Positions 1 through 8,123 of a stretch of 37,014 nt of DNA are shown piece after piece. This stretch comes from Bacilli bacterium (GTDB lineage Bacteria > Bacillota_I > Bacilli_A > RF39 > UBA660), in assembly GCA_045613165.1 (NCBI GenBank), contig JAZLAK010000093.1:1-37014 (forward strand), written 5' to 3'. The notes beneath the pieces are model-generated. The model was not told the origin of the DNA. It ran no database searches and worked only from the letters and a program-made list of their open reading frames with translations. The first letter of the stretch is position 1. Each line of letters opens with the position of its first letter. The translations under genes were made by a program, and so were the position numbers.

Positions 1-252
1 AAACATATAAATATATGGATTGGTATAATAATAGAAATATTATTTATCGTTAATATCATTGCATTGAATGGAATTAATATAGATTTAAATAACATAACAA
101 GTATTTATGAAAATGATTTATTGTTAAGTATATTTCAATTAACTGGAATTATATTTGTGATTTGGATAGTGATAAATGTATTAACATTTATTGTAAGTTT
201 ATACTTAACTGATAGATTAGAATTACCTAGATTAAGCGATGATTACGAATAA
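1..252 (+). CDS. C-terminal fragment of an integral membrane protein (5' end lies outside the window)
   Basis: Frame 1 is open from base 1 to TAA at 250-252, so the ORF-track TTG at 64 is an internal codon. The translation has two hydrophobic helices (IWIGIIIEILFIVNIIAL and LTGIIFVIWIVINVLTFIVSLYL). No family recognised. Confidence 0.55.
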   Translation, partial: KHINIWIGIIIEILFIVNIIALNGINIDLNNITSIYENDLLLSIFQLTGIIFVIWIVINVLTFIVSLYLTDRLELPRLSDDYE

Positions 253-290
253 AATAACTTATTTATAATAGGTTATTTTTTATTTTTTTA
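251..290 (+). terminator. AT-rich hairpin plus T-run after the partial membrane ORF
   Basis: Bases 254-263 pair with 267-276 (about 10 bp including one G-U, loop TAT). A T-rich run follows at 277-289. Only one G-C pair, so the hairpin is weak. Confidence 0.45.
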
Positions 291-366
291 AAATTTCAAA
301 AAAACCATTTACTAATTTATTAAAACTATGCTATACTATAATAGTAATCATAGGAGGATAGTTATT

Positions 367-780
367 ATGGCATTCGAAGGTATAAAGAAAGCTTTATTTG
401 ATGGAGATACAAAAGATAATGCTGTAGAAGATAATTTCTATACAGTTAGCAATAAACAATTAAAAGAGGAAGAAAGTAAAACTGGTAGCAAGATGATTCT
501 TGTTGAACCAAGAGCATATAGTGAAAGTCAACAAATTGCAGATTATTTAAAAAATAGAAATTCAGTTGTTGTAAATTTAAAAAGAGTTACAAGTGATCAA
601 GCAAAAAGATTAATTGATTTCTTAACAGGGACTATTTATGCAATTGGTGGAGATTTACAAAAATTAGGTAATGGAATATATTTATGTACTCCAAACAATG
701 TTAACGTTCAAGGTAAGATGAGCGAAGCTGAAGAAAAAGAAAAGAAACAAACAAAATTTGATAGCGAAATAGATTTCTAA
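367..780 (+). CDS. sepF: Cell division protein SepF
   Basis: The core VEPRAYSESQQIADYLKNRNSVVVNLKRVTSDQAKRLIDFLTGTIYAIGGDLQKLGNGIYLCTPNNVNVQG matches the Bacillus SepF (YlmF) core almost motif for motif. AGGAGG at 353-358 places the start at ATG 367 (MAFEG...), not at the ORF-track ATG 328. A candidate extended -10 (TGCTATACT) lies at 329-337. Confidence 0.9.
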   Translation: MAFEGIKKALFDGDTKDNAVEDNFYTVSNKQLKEEESKTGSKMILVEPRAYSESQQIADYLKNRNSVVVNLKRVTSDQAKRLIDFLTGTIYAIGGDLQKLGNGIYLCTPNNVNVQGKMSEAEEKEKKQTKFDSEIDF

Positions 781-803
781 AATAGTTATTAGGATGTGAT
801 TAT

Positions 804-1238
804 ATGGAGAAATTTAATACAACATTCTCTGGATATAAAAAAGAAGAAGTAAACAAATTTATTGATGATGTTATTAAGCAAGTAGAATCTATGATTAATA
901 ACATGAAATCTAAAGATTTAGAGATAGAAAAATTAAAAGCTGAATTAGAACATTACAAATCTTTAGAAAGCACTTTTAATAGAGCGTTATTAGTAGCAGA
1001 AGATGCTGGCCAACAAATAAGAAATAGTGCAAGAAGCGAATCAATGCAACTTATAGAAGATGCAAAAAGAAATGCTGATAGAATAATTAATAGTGCGTTA
1101 TTAGAAGCAGATACAGCAAGAAGAGATGCCGAAAGACTTAGAAGAAATGTAATTACATTCAAAAGAAGACTTAGAGATATTTTAGAAACTCAAATGAACT
1201 TAGTTGATGATATTGATAGATTAGATATGAATGAATAG
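804..1238 (+). CDS. divIVA: DivIVA-domain cell division protein
   Basis: The N-terminus FSGYKKEEVNKFIDDV is the DivIVA/GpsB lipid-binding signature. The rest is coiled-coil-like. It lies directly downstream of sepF, as in the Firmicute ylm-divIVA cluster. Confidence 0.8.
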   Translation: MEKFNTTFSGYKKEEVNKFIDDVIKQVESMINNMKSKDLEIEKLKAELEHYKSLESTFNRALLVAEDAGQQIRNSARSESMQLIEDAKRNADRIINSALLEADTARRDAERLRRNVITFKRRLRDILETQMNLVDDIDRLDMNE

Positions 1239-1332
1239 ACTTTAATTAGTCTTTTTTATTTTATAAAAAAGATTATAATTTAACTTTAAATTTATTAAAA
1301 AAAATGATACCATAATTAATAGTGGTGATAAT

Positions 1333-3501
1333 GTGAACTATATAAAAGGCAAATTTAAACAATCTATATTTAAAGGCGATACAGGATATAATGTTGGTTT
1401 ATTTAAAATAACTGAAACTAATGATCCTGAAATGGAAGAACTAGTAAAAAAAAGCGTAACTTTTACTGGTTATTTTGCCGATCTAACTATTGATGATACA
1501 TACATCTTCTATGGTTCTTTAGTTTATCATGATAGATATGGATATCAATATAGTGTAACAAGTTATGAAAAAATAGTTCCTACTGGACATGATGCAATAA
1601 TTGATTTCTTAACTAGTCCATTAATTAAAGGTTGCGGTGAAAAAACTGCGGAAAAGATAGTTAATATATTAGGTGACAACGCAATAGAAAAAATCAAAGA
1701 AAATATTAATAATTTAGATTTAATACCAAAACTTACTGATACTAAGAAAAAAAATATATATAATTCAATATTAAAATATTATGAATCAAATGAAACAATT
1801 ATAAAATTAAAAGAATATGGTTTTACCATAAAAGAAAGTATGAAATTAATAAATATTTATGGTAACAGCATATTAAATATAGTAGAAAATAATGTATATA
1901 GTTTAATAGATATAATTGATTTCAAAACGTTAGATAAAATCTACTTAAATATTTATAAAGAAACAACAAACTTACGTATTTTAGCTTGTATAGTTGAAAC
2001 AATGAAAAGAATAACTTTTAATAATGGAGATACTTACTCTTATAAGGATGAAATTATAAAAAGTTTATATGAGTATTTTAATATAAGTATAGATAGTACT
2101 GAATACTTTAGTATGTTATCTAATGAAGGTCAAATAGTTATTAAAGATGATAAGTATTATTTAAGAGATTATTATGAAGCAGAAATAAATATTGTTAAAA
2201 ATTTAGAAGCAATAAATAGTAAAGAAGTATATCCTGAAAAGAATTTAAAAAAATATCTAAAAAAACTAGAAAGTGAATTAGATATTAAATATAACGAAGA
2301 ACAAATAAATGCTATAACAAGCATATTTGAAAATAATATAACTATTATTACAGGAGGACCAGGAACAGGTAAAACAACTATAATAAATGGGATATTAAAT
2401 CTATATAAAATGGTTTATAAACTAACAGATAGTGGATTAACAAACAAAGTTGCACTTATTGCACCAACTGGTAGAGCTTCTAAAAGAATGAGTGAAACAA
2501 CTAATTTTGGTGCTTCTACTATTCATAGATACTTAAAATGGAATAAAGAAAATAATACATTTGGTATTAATGAATTTAACAAAAATAATCACGAGTTAGT
2601 AATAATTGATGAAACAAGTATGATAGATACGATTCTTTTTGATAGTCTTTTAAAAGGTTTAAAAAGAAATATAAAAATAGTATTTGTTGGTGATGAATAT
2701 CAATTACCAAGCGTATCACCTGGATTAGTGCTAAATGATTTGATAGAATCTAATAAATTTAAACATGTAAGACTTAATAATATTTATAGACAAAGCAATA
2801 ACTCTTATATACCACTATTGGCTCAAGAAATAAAAAACAAAGAATTAAGTGAGTATTTGGATAAAAAAGATGATTATAATTTTATAGAATGCAATACTAG
2901 GGATATAAAAAGAATAGTTTTAGATATTGCTAAAAAATCTTTAGATAAAGGATTAAATGATAATAATATTCAAATACTAGCTCCAATGTATAAAGGAGAA
3001 ATAGGTATAGATAATTTAAATATAAACCTGCAAAATATATTTAATCCACACGATGATAATTTAAACGAAGTAGTCATTGGAACTATTACATATAGAGTTA
3101 ATGATAAAGTCTTAAACCTAGTTAATGATGTAGATAAAGGTATTTATAATGGAGATATTGGTTATATTTATGATATTGATATAAATAGCAAAAGTGATTT
3201 TATTAGAATAAATTTTGATAATAATATTGTATCTTTTAAAAGAGATGAATTAGCAAGTATAAAACACGCTTATGCTATTAGCATACATAAAGCACAAGGT
3301 AGTGAATTTGATCATGTAATAATACCTATATCAAAAACTTATAGCAAGATGCTATATAATAAATTAATTTATACAGGGATATCACGAGCTAAGAAAAGTT
3401 TGATAATAATAGGTAGTAAAGAAGCATTTATATATTCAGTAGAAAATGATTATAGTAAATCTAGAAAAACCTCACTTTTAGAAATACTTACGAATAATTA
3501 G
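1333..3501 (+). CDS. recD2: RecD2-type ATP-dependent 5'-3' DNA helicase (SF1B)
   Basis: Walker A is GGPGTGKTT and Walker B is VIIDETSM. Also present are VGDEYQLPSV and the C-terminal AISIHKAQGSEFDHVII motif. The N-terminus YIKGKFKQSIFKGDTGYNVGLFKI resembles B. subtilis RecD2/YrrC. Start is GTG with an upstream GGTGA. Confidence 0.85.
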   Translation: MNYIKGKFKQSIFKGDTGYNVGLFKITETNDPEMEELVKKSVTFTGYFADLTIDDTYIFYGSLVYHDRYGYQYSVTSYEKIVPTGHDAIIDFLTSPLIKGCGEKTAEKIVNILGDNAIEKIKENINNLDLIPKLTDTKKKNIYNSILKYYESNETIIKLKEYGFTIKESMKLINIYGNSILNIVENNVYSLIDIIDFKTLDKIYLNIYKETTNLRILACIVETMKRITFNNGDTYSYKDEIIKSLYEYFNISIDSTEYFSMLSNEGQIVIKDDKYYLRDYYEAEINIVKNLEAINSKEVYPEKNLKKYLKKLESELDIKYNEEQINAITSIFENNITIITGGPGTGKTTIINGILNLYKMVYKLTDSGLTNKVALIAPTGRASKRMSETTNFGASTIHRYLKWNKENNTFGINEFNKNNHELVIIDETSMIDTILFDSLLKGLKRNIKIVFVGDEYQLPSVSPGLVLNDLIESNKFKHVRLNNIYRQSNNSYIPLLAQEIKNKELSEYLDKKDDYNFIECNTRDIKRIVLDIAKKSLDKGLNDNNIQILAPMYKGEIGIDNLNINLQNIFNPHDDNLNEVVIGTITYRVNDKVLNLVNDVDKGIYNGDIGYIYDIDINSKSDFIRINFDNNIVSFKRDELASIKHAYAISIHKAQGSEFDHVIIPISKTYSKMLYNKLIYTGISRAKKSLIIIGSKEAFIYSVENDYSKSRKTSLLEILTNN

Positions 3502-3541
3502 AAAAAAATTCTCCATAATATAATTAAAAGGAGAGAATATA

Positions 3542-3685
3542 ATGAAAAAGAAATCTAAAGTAATGACTACCATTGGTATTATGGGTGCTTGTGCTGGTAT
3601 AGGTATGGGTACTTATATGTATATGAAGAAGAATCAAGCTAAAGTAGAGAAAGCTATGAAAAAATATATGTCTTATCCAGAATAA
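3542..3685 (+). CDS. Small (47 aa) single-pass membrane protein, absent from the ORF track
   Basis: AGGAGAG at 3529-3535 lies 6 nt before ATG 3542. Translation by hand gives MKKKSKVMTTIGIMGACAGIGMGTYMYMKKNQAKVEKAMKKYMSYPE. A strong terminator overlaps the stop codon. Confidence 0.6.
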   Translation: MKKKSKVMTTIGIMGACAGIGMGTYMYMKKNQAKVEKAMKKYMSYPE

Positions 3686-3701
3686 TGGATAAGATTTTTT
3701 T
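3671..3701 (+). terminator. Rho-independent terminator
   Basis: TCTTATCCA (3671-3679) and TGGATAAGA (3686-3694) form a perfect 9-bp stem, followed by TTTTTTT (3695-3701). Confidence 0.8.
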
Positions 3702-3728
3702 GACTTAAAATGTATACTATGATATACT
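3700..3728 (+). promoter_or_regulatory. Sigma-A-type promoter for proS
   Basis: TTGACT (3700-3705), a 17-nt spacer, then TATACT (3723-3728), about 70 nt upstream of proS. The leader is too short for a T-box. Confidence 0.6.
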
Positions 3729-3799
3729 AGCCAACATAAAAATAATAGTTTTATAAAACTATATTTCGTGATATAATTTATTAGTCAAGAGGTGGAACA

Positions 3800-5227
3800 A
3801 TGAAAGATAATAAAAATATAACTAGTAGAGATATAGATTTTGCTAAATGGTATAACGATATAATTAGAGAAGCTGATCTAATAGATTATTCAAGTGTAAA
3901 AGGAAGTATGATTATTAGACCATATGGATATGCTATTTGGGAAAGTATGGTTAATGTATTAGATAAAAAGTTTAAAGAATTAGGACACGTTAATATACAA
4001 ATGCCTATGTTTATACCTGAATCTTTACTTAATATAGAAAAAGAACACGTAGAAGGTTTTGCTCCTGAAGTTGCATGGGTTACACATGGTGGAGAGAATA
4101 AGTTAGATGAAAGAATGTGTGTAAGACCTACAAGTGAAACTTTATTCTGTGATCATTTTAAAAAAGTTATTAAAAGTTATAGAGATTTACCTTTATTATA
4201 TAATCAATGGTGTACTATTGTTAGATGGGAAAAAGAAACTAGACCATTCTTAAGAAGTAGAGAAATATTATGGCAAGAAGGTCATACTATGCACGCAACA
4301 GAAGCAGAAGCAAGAGAAGAAACATTAAGAATGTTTAAAGTTTATGAAGATTTCCAAAAAAACTATTTAGCGATACCTGTTATAGTGGGAAGAAAAAGTG
4401 AAAAAGAAAAATTCGCTGGTGCTGAAGAAACTTATACTATTGAAGCTATGATGTATAATGGTGTTGCGCTACAAAACGGAACAAGTCATTATTTTGGTCA
4501 AAAATTTGCAAAAGCTTTCGATATTAAATTTTTAAATAAAGAAAATAAATGGGAATATCCATATCAAACAAGTTGGGGAGTTACTACTCGTATGATTGGC
4601 GGTTTAATAATGGTTCATAGTGATGATTATGGTTTAGTATTGCCTCCAAATATTGCTCCAATTAAAGTATCTATTGTTCCAATAAAAGAAACAGAAAAAG
4701 TTATAGAAACAATTAAATACTTCGAAGATGGATTGAAAGCTAACGATATTACATTTGTAACTGATAATAGTGATAAGTCTCCTGGATATAAATTTGCCGA
4801 AAGCGAAGTAAAAGGATATCCAATTAGATTAGAAATAGGACCTAGAGATTTAGAAAACAATCAAGTTACATTAGTAAGACGTGATACAAGAGAGAAAATC
4901 ACTTTAGAAAAAAGTGATGCAATAAATAAAATCAAAGATTTACTTATTGAAATCCAACATAACCTATATAACAAAGCTTTAGAAAGAAGAAACACAATGT
5001 TATATAACAATGTTAGAACTTATGAAGAATTAGCTGATATAGCTAATAATAAACCTGGTTTTGCCTTAGTAAACTGGTGTGGTGAAACTGCATGTGAAGA
5101 CAAAATTAAAGAAGATTTAGGTTTAAAATCACGTTGTATACCATTTGGACACGAAGATAGTGATGGCAACTGTGTTGTTTGTGGTAAACAAGGGAAACAT
5201 AAAATTTATTTTGGTAAACAATATTAA
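3800..5227 (+). CDS. proS: Prolyl-tRNA synthetase, archaeal/eukaryotic-like type (no INS editing domain)
   Basis: At 475 aa, it begins DFAKWYNDIIREADLIDYSSVKGSMIIRPYGYAIWE. Class II motifs are present (RPTSET, FLRSREILWQEGHT). The C-terminal region has a cysteine cluster (WCGETACEDKIKE...CVVCGKQG), typical of the short ProRS type found in Clostridia. Confidence 0.9.
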   Translation: MKDNKNITSRDIDFAKWYNDIIREADLIDYSSVKGSMIIRPYGYAIWESMVNVLDKKFKELGHVNIQMPMFIPESLLNIEKEHVEGFAPEVAWVTHGGENKLDERMCVRPTSETLFCDHFKKVIKSYRDLPLLYNQWCTIVRWEKETRPFLRSREILWQEGHTMHATEAEAREETLRMFKVYEDFQKNYLAIPVIVGRKSEKEKFAGAEETYTIEAMMYNGVALQNGTSHYFGQKFAKAFDIKFLNKENKWEYPYQTSWGVTTRMIGGLIMVHSDDYGLVLPPNIAPIKVSIVPIKETEKVIETIKYFEDGLKANDITFVTDNSDKSPGYKFAESEVKGYPIRLEIGPRDLENNQVTLVRRDTREKITLEKSDAINKIKDLLIEIQHNLYNKALERRNTMLYNNVRTYEELADIANNKPGFALVNWCGETACEDKIKEDLGLKSRCIPFGHEDSDGNCVVCGKQGKHKIYFGKQY

Positions 5228-5234
5228 AATTAAG

Positions 5235-5258
5235 TTACTCCAATGGAGTAATTTTTTA
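5235..5258 (+). terminator. Rho-independent terminator after proS
   Basis: TTACTCC (5235-5241) pairs with GGAGTAA (5245-5251) around loop AAT, followed by a T-run at 5252-5257. Confidence 0.7.
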
Positions 5259-5311
5259 TTGAAAAAATACTCATAATATAATATACTTATTAATAGAGAG
5301 TAGGAAAATAT

Positions 5312-6598
5312 ATGAATAAAACAAAAACAATATATTTTTTAAGTGCTGTAGTATTAATTATAGGATGTTACGCACTAAACTTGAGTTATAGTTTATTCGT
5401 TCAAACTGAAGATAAAGAAATAGTTAATGCAACTGTTCCTAGTTTATTATATAATTTAGAACAAGAAGAATTCTTAATAAAACCAAACGAAAAAACTATT
5501 ATTACATTAAATGTTAATAACGTAGGAAACGCAAATATAAATTATGGTATCTTATTAGATGAAACTAATTTAAATGAGAATATAAAAATAGAGTTAGTAG
5601 ATATTGAAAATAATAATATGACTGGAAATTTAAAAGCCAATAGTAAAGGCTTTGTTAAATTGTATATTGAAAATAATCAAGAAATAGAACAAACATTAAA
5701 ATTTAAATTAGAAGCTACATACGAAACGTTGAATTTTGATACAAGTAAATATATATCTAATACTAAAATAGATATTGAAAATAAATATAAAATAAAATTA
5801 AATGACAATATTTTATTAGATAATAGAATAATTAAAACAGAAGAAAATTCACAACTTTATAAAACTATTGATGATTATGGAGAAACATGGTATTTTAAAG
5901 GTGAACAAAATCATAACTACATCTCTTTTGCTAATCATATTTGGAGAGTAGTTAGAATTAATGGTGATAATACAATTCGTTTAATACTAAATGATGTATT
6001 AGAAAATAAAACTGTATTTAATAATGTTAATACAAACGCTATAGGTTATATGTATGGAAATACAATAGATGGCAATGGACTTATACAATATAATACATAC
6101 AGCAGTACAGTAAAAGAACTAGTAGATAAATTTTATGAAACTAATTTAAAAGAAAATTTTGATGAGTTTTTAGCAGATACAATATTTTGTGGAGAAAATA
6201 TCGATTTAACAAATGTAAATGATTTAAACCTTAAATGTGATGAAGGGGTTATCGAGAATAAAAATCGCTATACATCAAAATTAGATGAAATTGATTTAAT
6301 TAATAATGTAAGTATTAACAATGATTTAACTTATCCGATTGCATTATTATCTCGAAAAGAAATATTGTTAGCAGAATATAAAGATCAAGAAGAAAATATA
6401 GTTAGTTACTTAAACGATTTAGAATTAGATGATAATTGGTGGACACTGGCGCCTACAGAAGCAGAATATAATAAAGAACTTTATGTTAGACCTGTAATTA
6501 ATTTAAAATCAAATGTATTAATAAAATCAGGTAATGGTACAATAGATAATCCATATGAGATAATATTAGAGAAAGAATCAAGCGAAACGCTTGACTAA
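5312..6598 (+). CDS. Membrane-anchored or secreted protein of unknown function
   Basis: The N-terminal hydrophobic anchor is IYFLSAVVLIIGCYALNL. A beta-strand-like Asn-rich module follows, then a C-terminal region with WRVVRINGDNTIRLIL, DNWWTLAP and YVRPVINLKS...GNGTIDNPYEI. No family securely recognised. Confidence 0.7.
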   Translation: MNKTKTIYFLSAVVLIIGCYALNLSYSLFVQTEDKEIVNATVPSLLYNLEQEEFLIKPNEKTIITLNVNNVGNANINYGILLDETNLNENIKIELVDIENNNMTGNLKANSKGFVKLYIENNQEIEQTLKFKLEATYETLNFDTSKYISNTKIDIENKYKIKLNDNILLDNRIIKTEENSQLYKTIDDYGETWYFKGEQNHNYISFANHIWRVVRINGDNTIRLILNDVLENKTVFNNVNTNAIGYMYGNTIDGNGLIQYNTYSSTVKELVDKFYETNLKENFDEFLADTIFCGENIDLTNVNDLNLKCDEGVIENKNRYTSKLDEIDLINNVSINNDLTYPIALLSRKEILLAEYKDQEENIVSYLNDLELDDNWWTLAPTEAEYNKELYVRPVINLKSNVLIKSGNGTIDNPYEIILEKESSETLD

Positions 6599-6619
6599 AA
6601 TAGTAAAATAAAGTAAAAT
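6591..6619 (+). promoter_or_regulatory. Sigma-A-type promoter of the T-box/hisS transcription unit
   Basis: TTGACT (6591-6596, overlapping the upstream stop codon), a 17-nt spacer, then TAAAAT (6614-6619). Confidence 0.6.
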
Positions 6620-6625
6620 ACTTAC

Positions 6626-6835
6626 ATATTCTTATTCAAAGAAAAGTAGAAAAATAATATTTATTAAAGAGAGAGTTTGGTTGCTGAAAAAACTTATAAA
6701 TTTATTTTTTGAAGACACTTTGTATTATATAAGAAACGTGTTATTACGTTAAAAATTAAAGAGAGTACACTTGTAAAGTAAGGTGGCACCGCGGGAATTT
6801 TCTCGTCCTTACGATTCTCAAGTGTTTTTTATTTA
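6626..6835 (+). promoter_or_regulatory. T-box riboswitch leader upstream of hisS
   Basis: The T-box core AAAGTAAGGTGGCACCGCGGG lies at 6775-6795. The antiterminator folds as GUAAGG / 7-nt bulge UGGCACC / GCGGGA-AUUU-UCUCGU / CCUUAC (6778-6812). Stem I elements are an AGAGAG bulge (6668-6675), distal loop GGUUGCUGAAA (6679-6689), S-turn halves AGUA (6645-6648) and GAA (6711-6713), and lower helix CAAAG/CUUUG (6637-6641 / 6718-6722). ACACTTG (6767-6773) pairs with CAAGTGT (6819-6825), followed by T5 (6826-6830). Confidence 0.85.
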
Positions 6836-6850
6836 GAAAGAGGGATTATA

Positions 6851-8113
6851 ATGATAACAAAACCAAAAGGAACTTATGATGTTATAGGAACAGATGCAAA
6901 AAAACGTAAATATGTATGTGATGTAATTGATGCTATATGCGAAAAATATAATTACACTTATATAGAAACACCAATCTTTGAGGCTAGCGAATTATTTCAT
7001 AGAAGCGTTGGAGAAACAAGTGATATTGTAACTAAAGAAACATATGACTTTATAGATCGTGGTAATAGAAATGTAACTCTACGCCCAGAAGGTACAGCAG
7101 GTGTTGTAAGAAGTTTTATAGAAAATAAAATGTATGGAAATATGAGTGAACCTATTAAAGTTTATTATAACGGACCTATGTTTAGATATGAAAGACCACA
7201 AAGTGGTAGAACTAGACAATTTACTCAATTTGGTATAGAACTAATCGGTACTGATGATGTCATGAGCGATGCTGAAATAATTAGTTTAGTGTATAATACT
7301 TATAAATTATTAGGCATAAATATAAAAATTCAAATAAATAGTTTAGGAGATACAGAATCTCGTGATAATTATAGAAAGGCTTTAATTGAATACTTTAAAC
7401 CACATATGAACGAATTATGTGAAGATTGTAATAATAGATTAGAAAAAAATCCATTAAGAATATTAGATTGTAAAATAGATGCTGATAGTGATTTAATGAA
7501 AAATGCTCCAAAAACAATAGATTATTTAAACGAATCTAGTAAAGATAGATTTAATAAGCTACAAGAATATTTAGAATTGATGGAAATCGATTATGAAGTT
7601 AATACTAAATTAGTTAGAGGTTTAGATTATTATAATCATACAGTTTTTGAAGTAGTAGGGGATATTCCTGAATTTGGTAGTCAAAATGTACTAGGCGGTG
7701 GCGGAAGATACAACGGTCTAGTAGAACAATTAGGTGGACCTAGTATTCCAGCAGTAGGATTTGCAATGGGATTAGATAGAACTATTCTTGCTATGGAAAC
7801 ATTAGGAGTGAATTTCAAAGTTAGAGATAATATAGATATATTCATTATGTATGGTAATGAAGAAGAAAAAGAAACTGCAACTTATTTATTACAAGATTTA
7901 CGTATGAATGGTTTTGTTTGTGAAACTGACTATATGGGTAAAAGTTTTAAAAATCAATTTAAATCAGCTGATAGATTTAATAGTAAATATTTAATTATAT
8001 TAAATAGCGAAGATATAGCAAATTATCAAGTTAAATTAAAAGATAACGAAACAAAAGAAGAAGAATTAGTTAATATTAATGATTTAATAGATCATTTAGA
8101 TATGAAAATTTAA
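6851..8113 (+). CDS. hisS: Histidyl-tRNA synthetase
   Basis: KGTYDV, LRPEGTAGVVR, MFRYERPQSGRTRQFTQFG and the GGGGRYNGL class II HisRS motifs are all present. Length 420 aa. Confidence 0.93.
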   Translation: MITKPKGTYDVIGTDAKKRKYVCDVIDAICEKYNYTYIETPIFEASELFHRSVGETSDIVTKETYDFIDRGNRNVTLRPEGTAGVVRSFIENKMYGNMSEPIKVYYNGPMFRYERPQSGRTRQFTQFGIELIGTDDVMSDAEIISLVYNTYKLLGINIKIQINSLGDTESRDNYRKALIEYFKPHMNELCEDCNNRLEKNPLRILDCKIDADSDLMKNAPKTIDYLNESSKDRFNKLQEYLELMEIDYEVNTKLVRGLDYYNHTVFEVVGDIPEFGSQNVLGGGGRYNGLVEQLGGPSIPAVGFAMGLDRTILAMETLGVNFKVRDNIDIFIMYGNEEEKETATYLLQDLRMNGFVCETDYMGKSFKNQFKSADRFNSKYLIILNSEDIANYQVKLKDNETKEEELVNINDLIDHLDMKI

Positions 8114-8123
8114 GGGTGAGATT

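Noticed and set aside
3509-3685. Considered whether the 47-aa ORF is a second type I toxin, since it is a small membrane peptide with a possible SD-masking hairpin.
   Set aside because: No convincing antisense promoter was found on the minus strand downstream. The minus-strand TTGACT (plus-strand 3784-3789) has no usable -10 box. The Gly-rich helix and long basic tail look more like a small stress or membrane protein.
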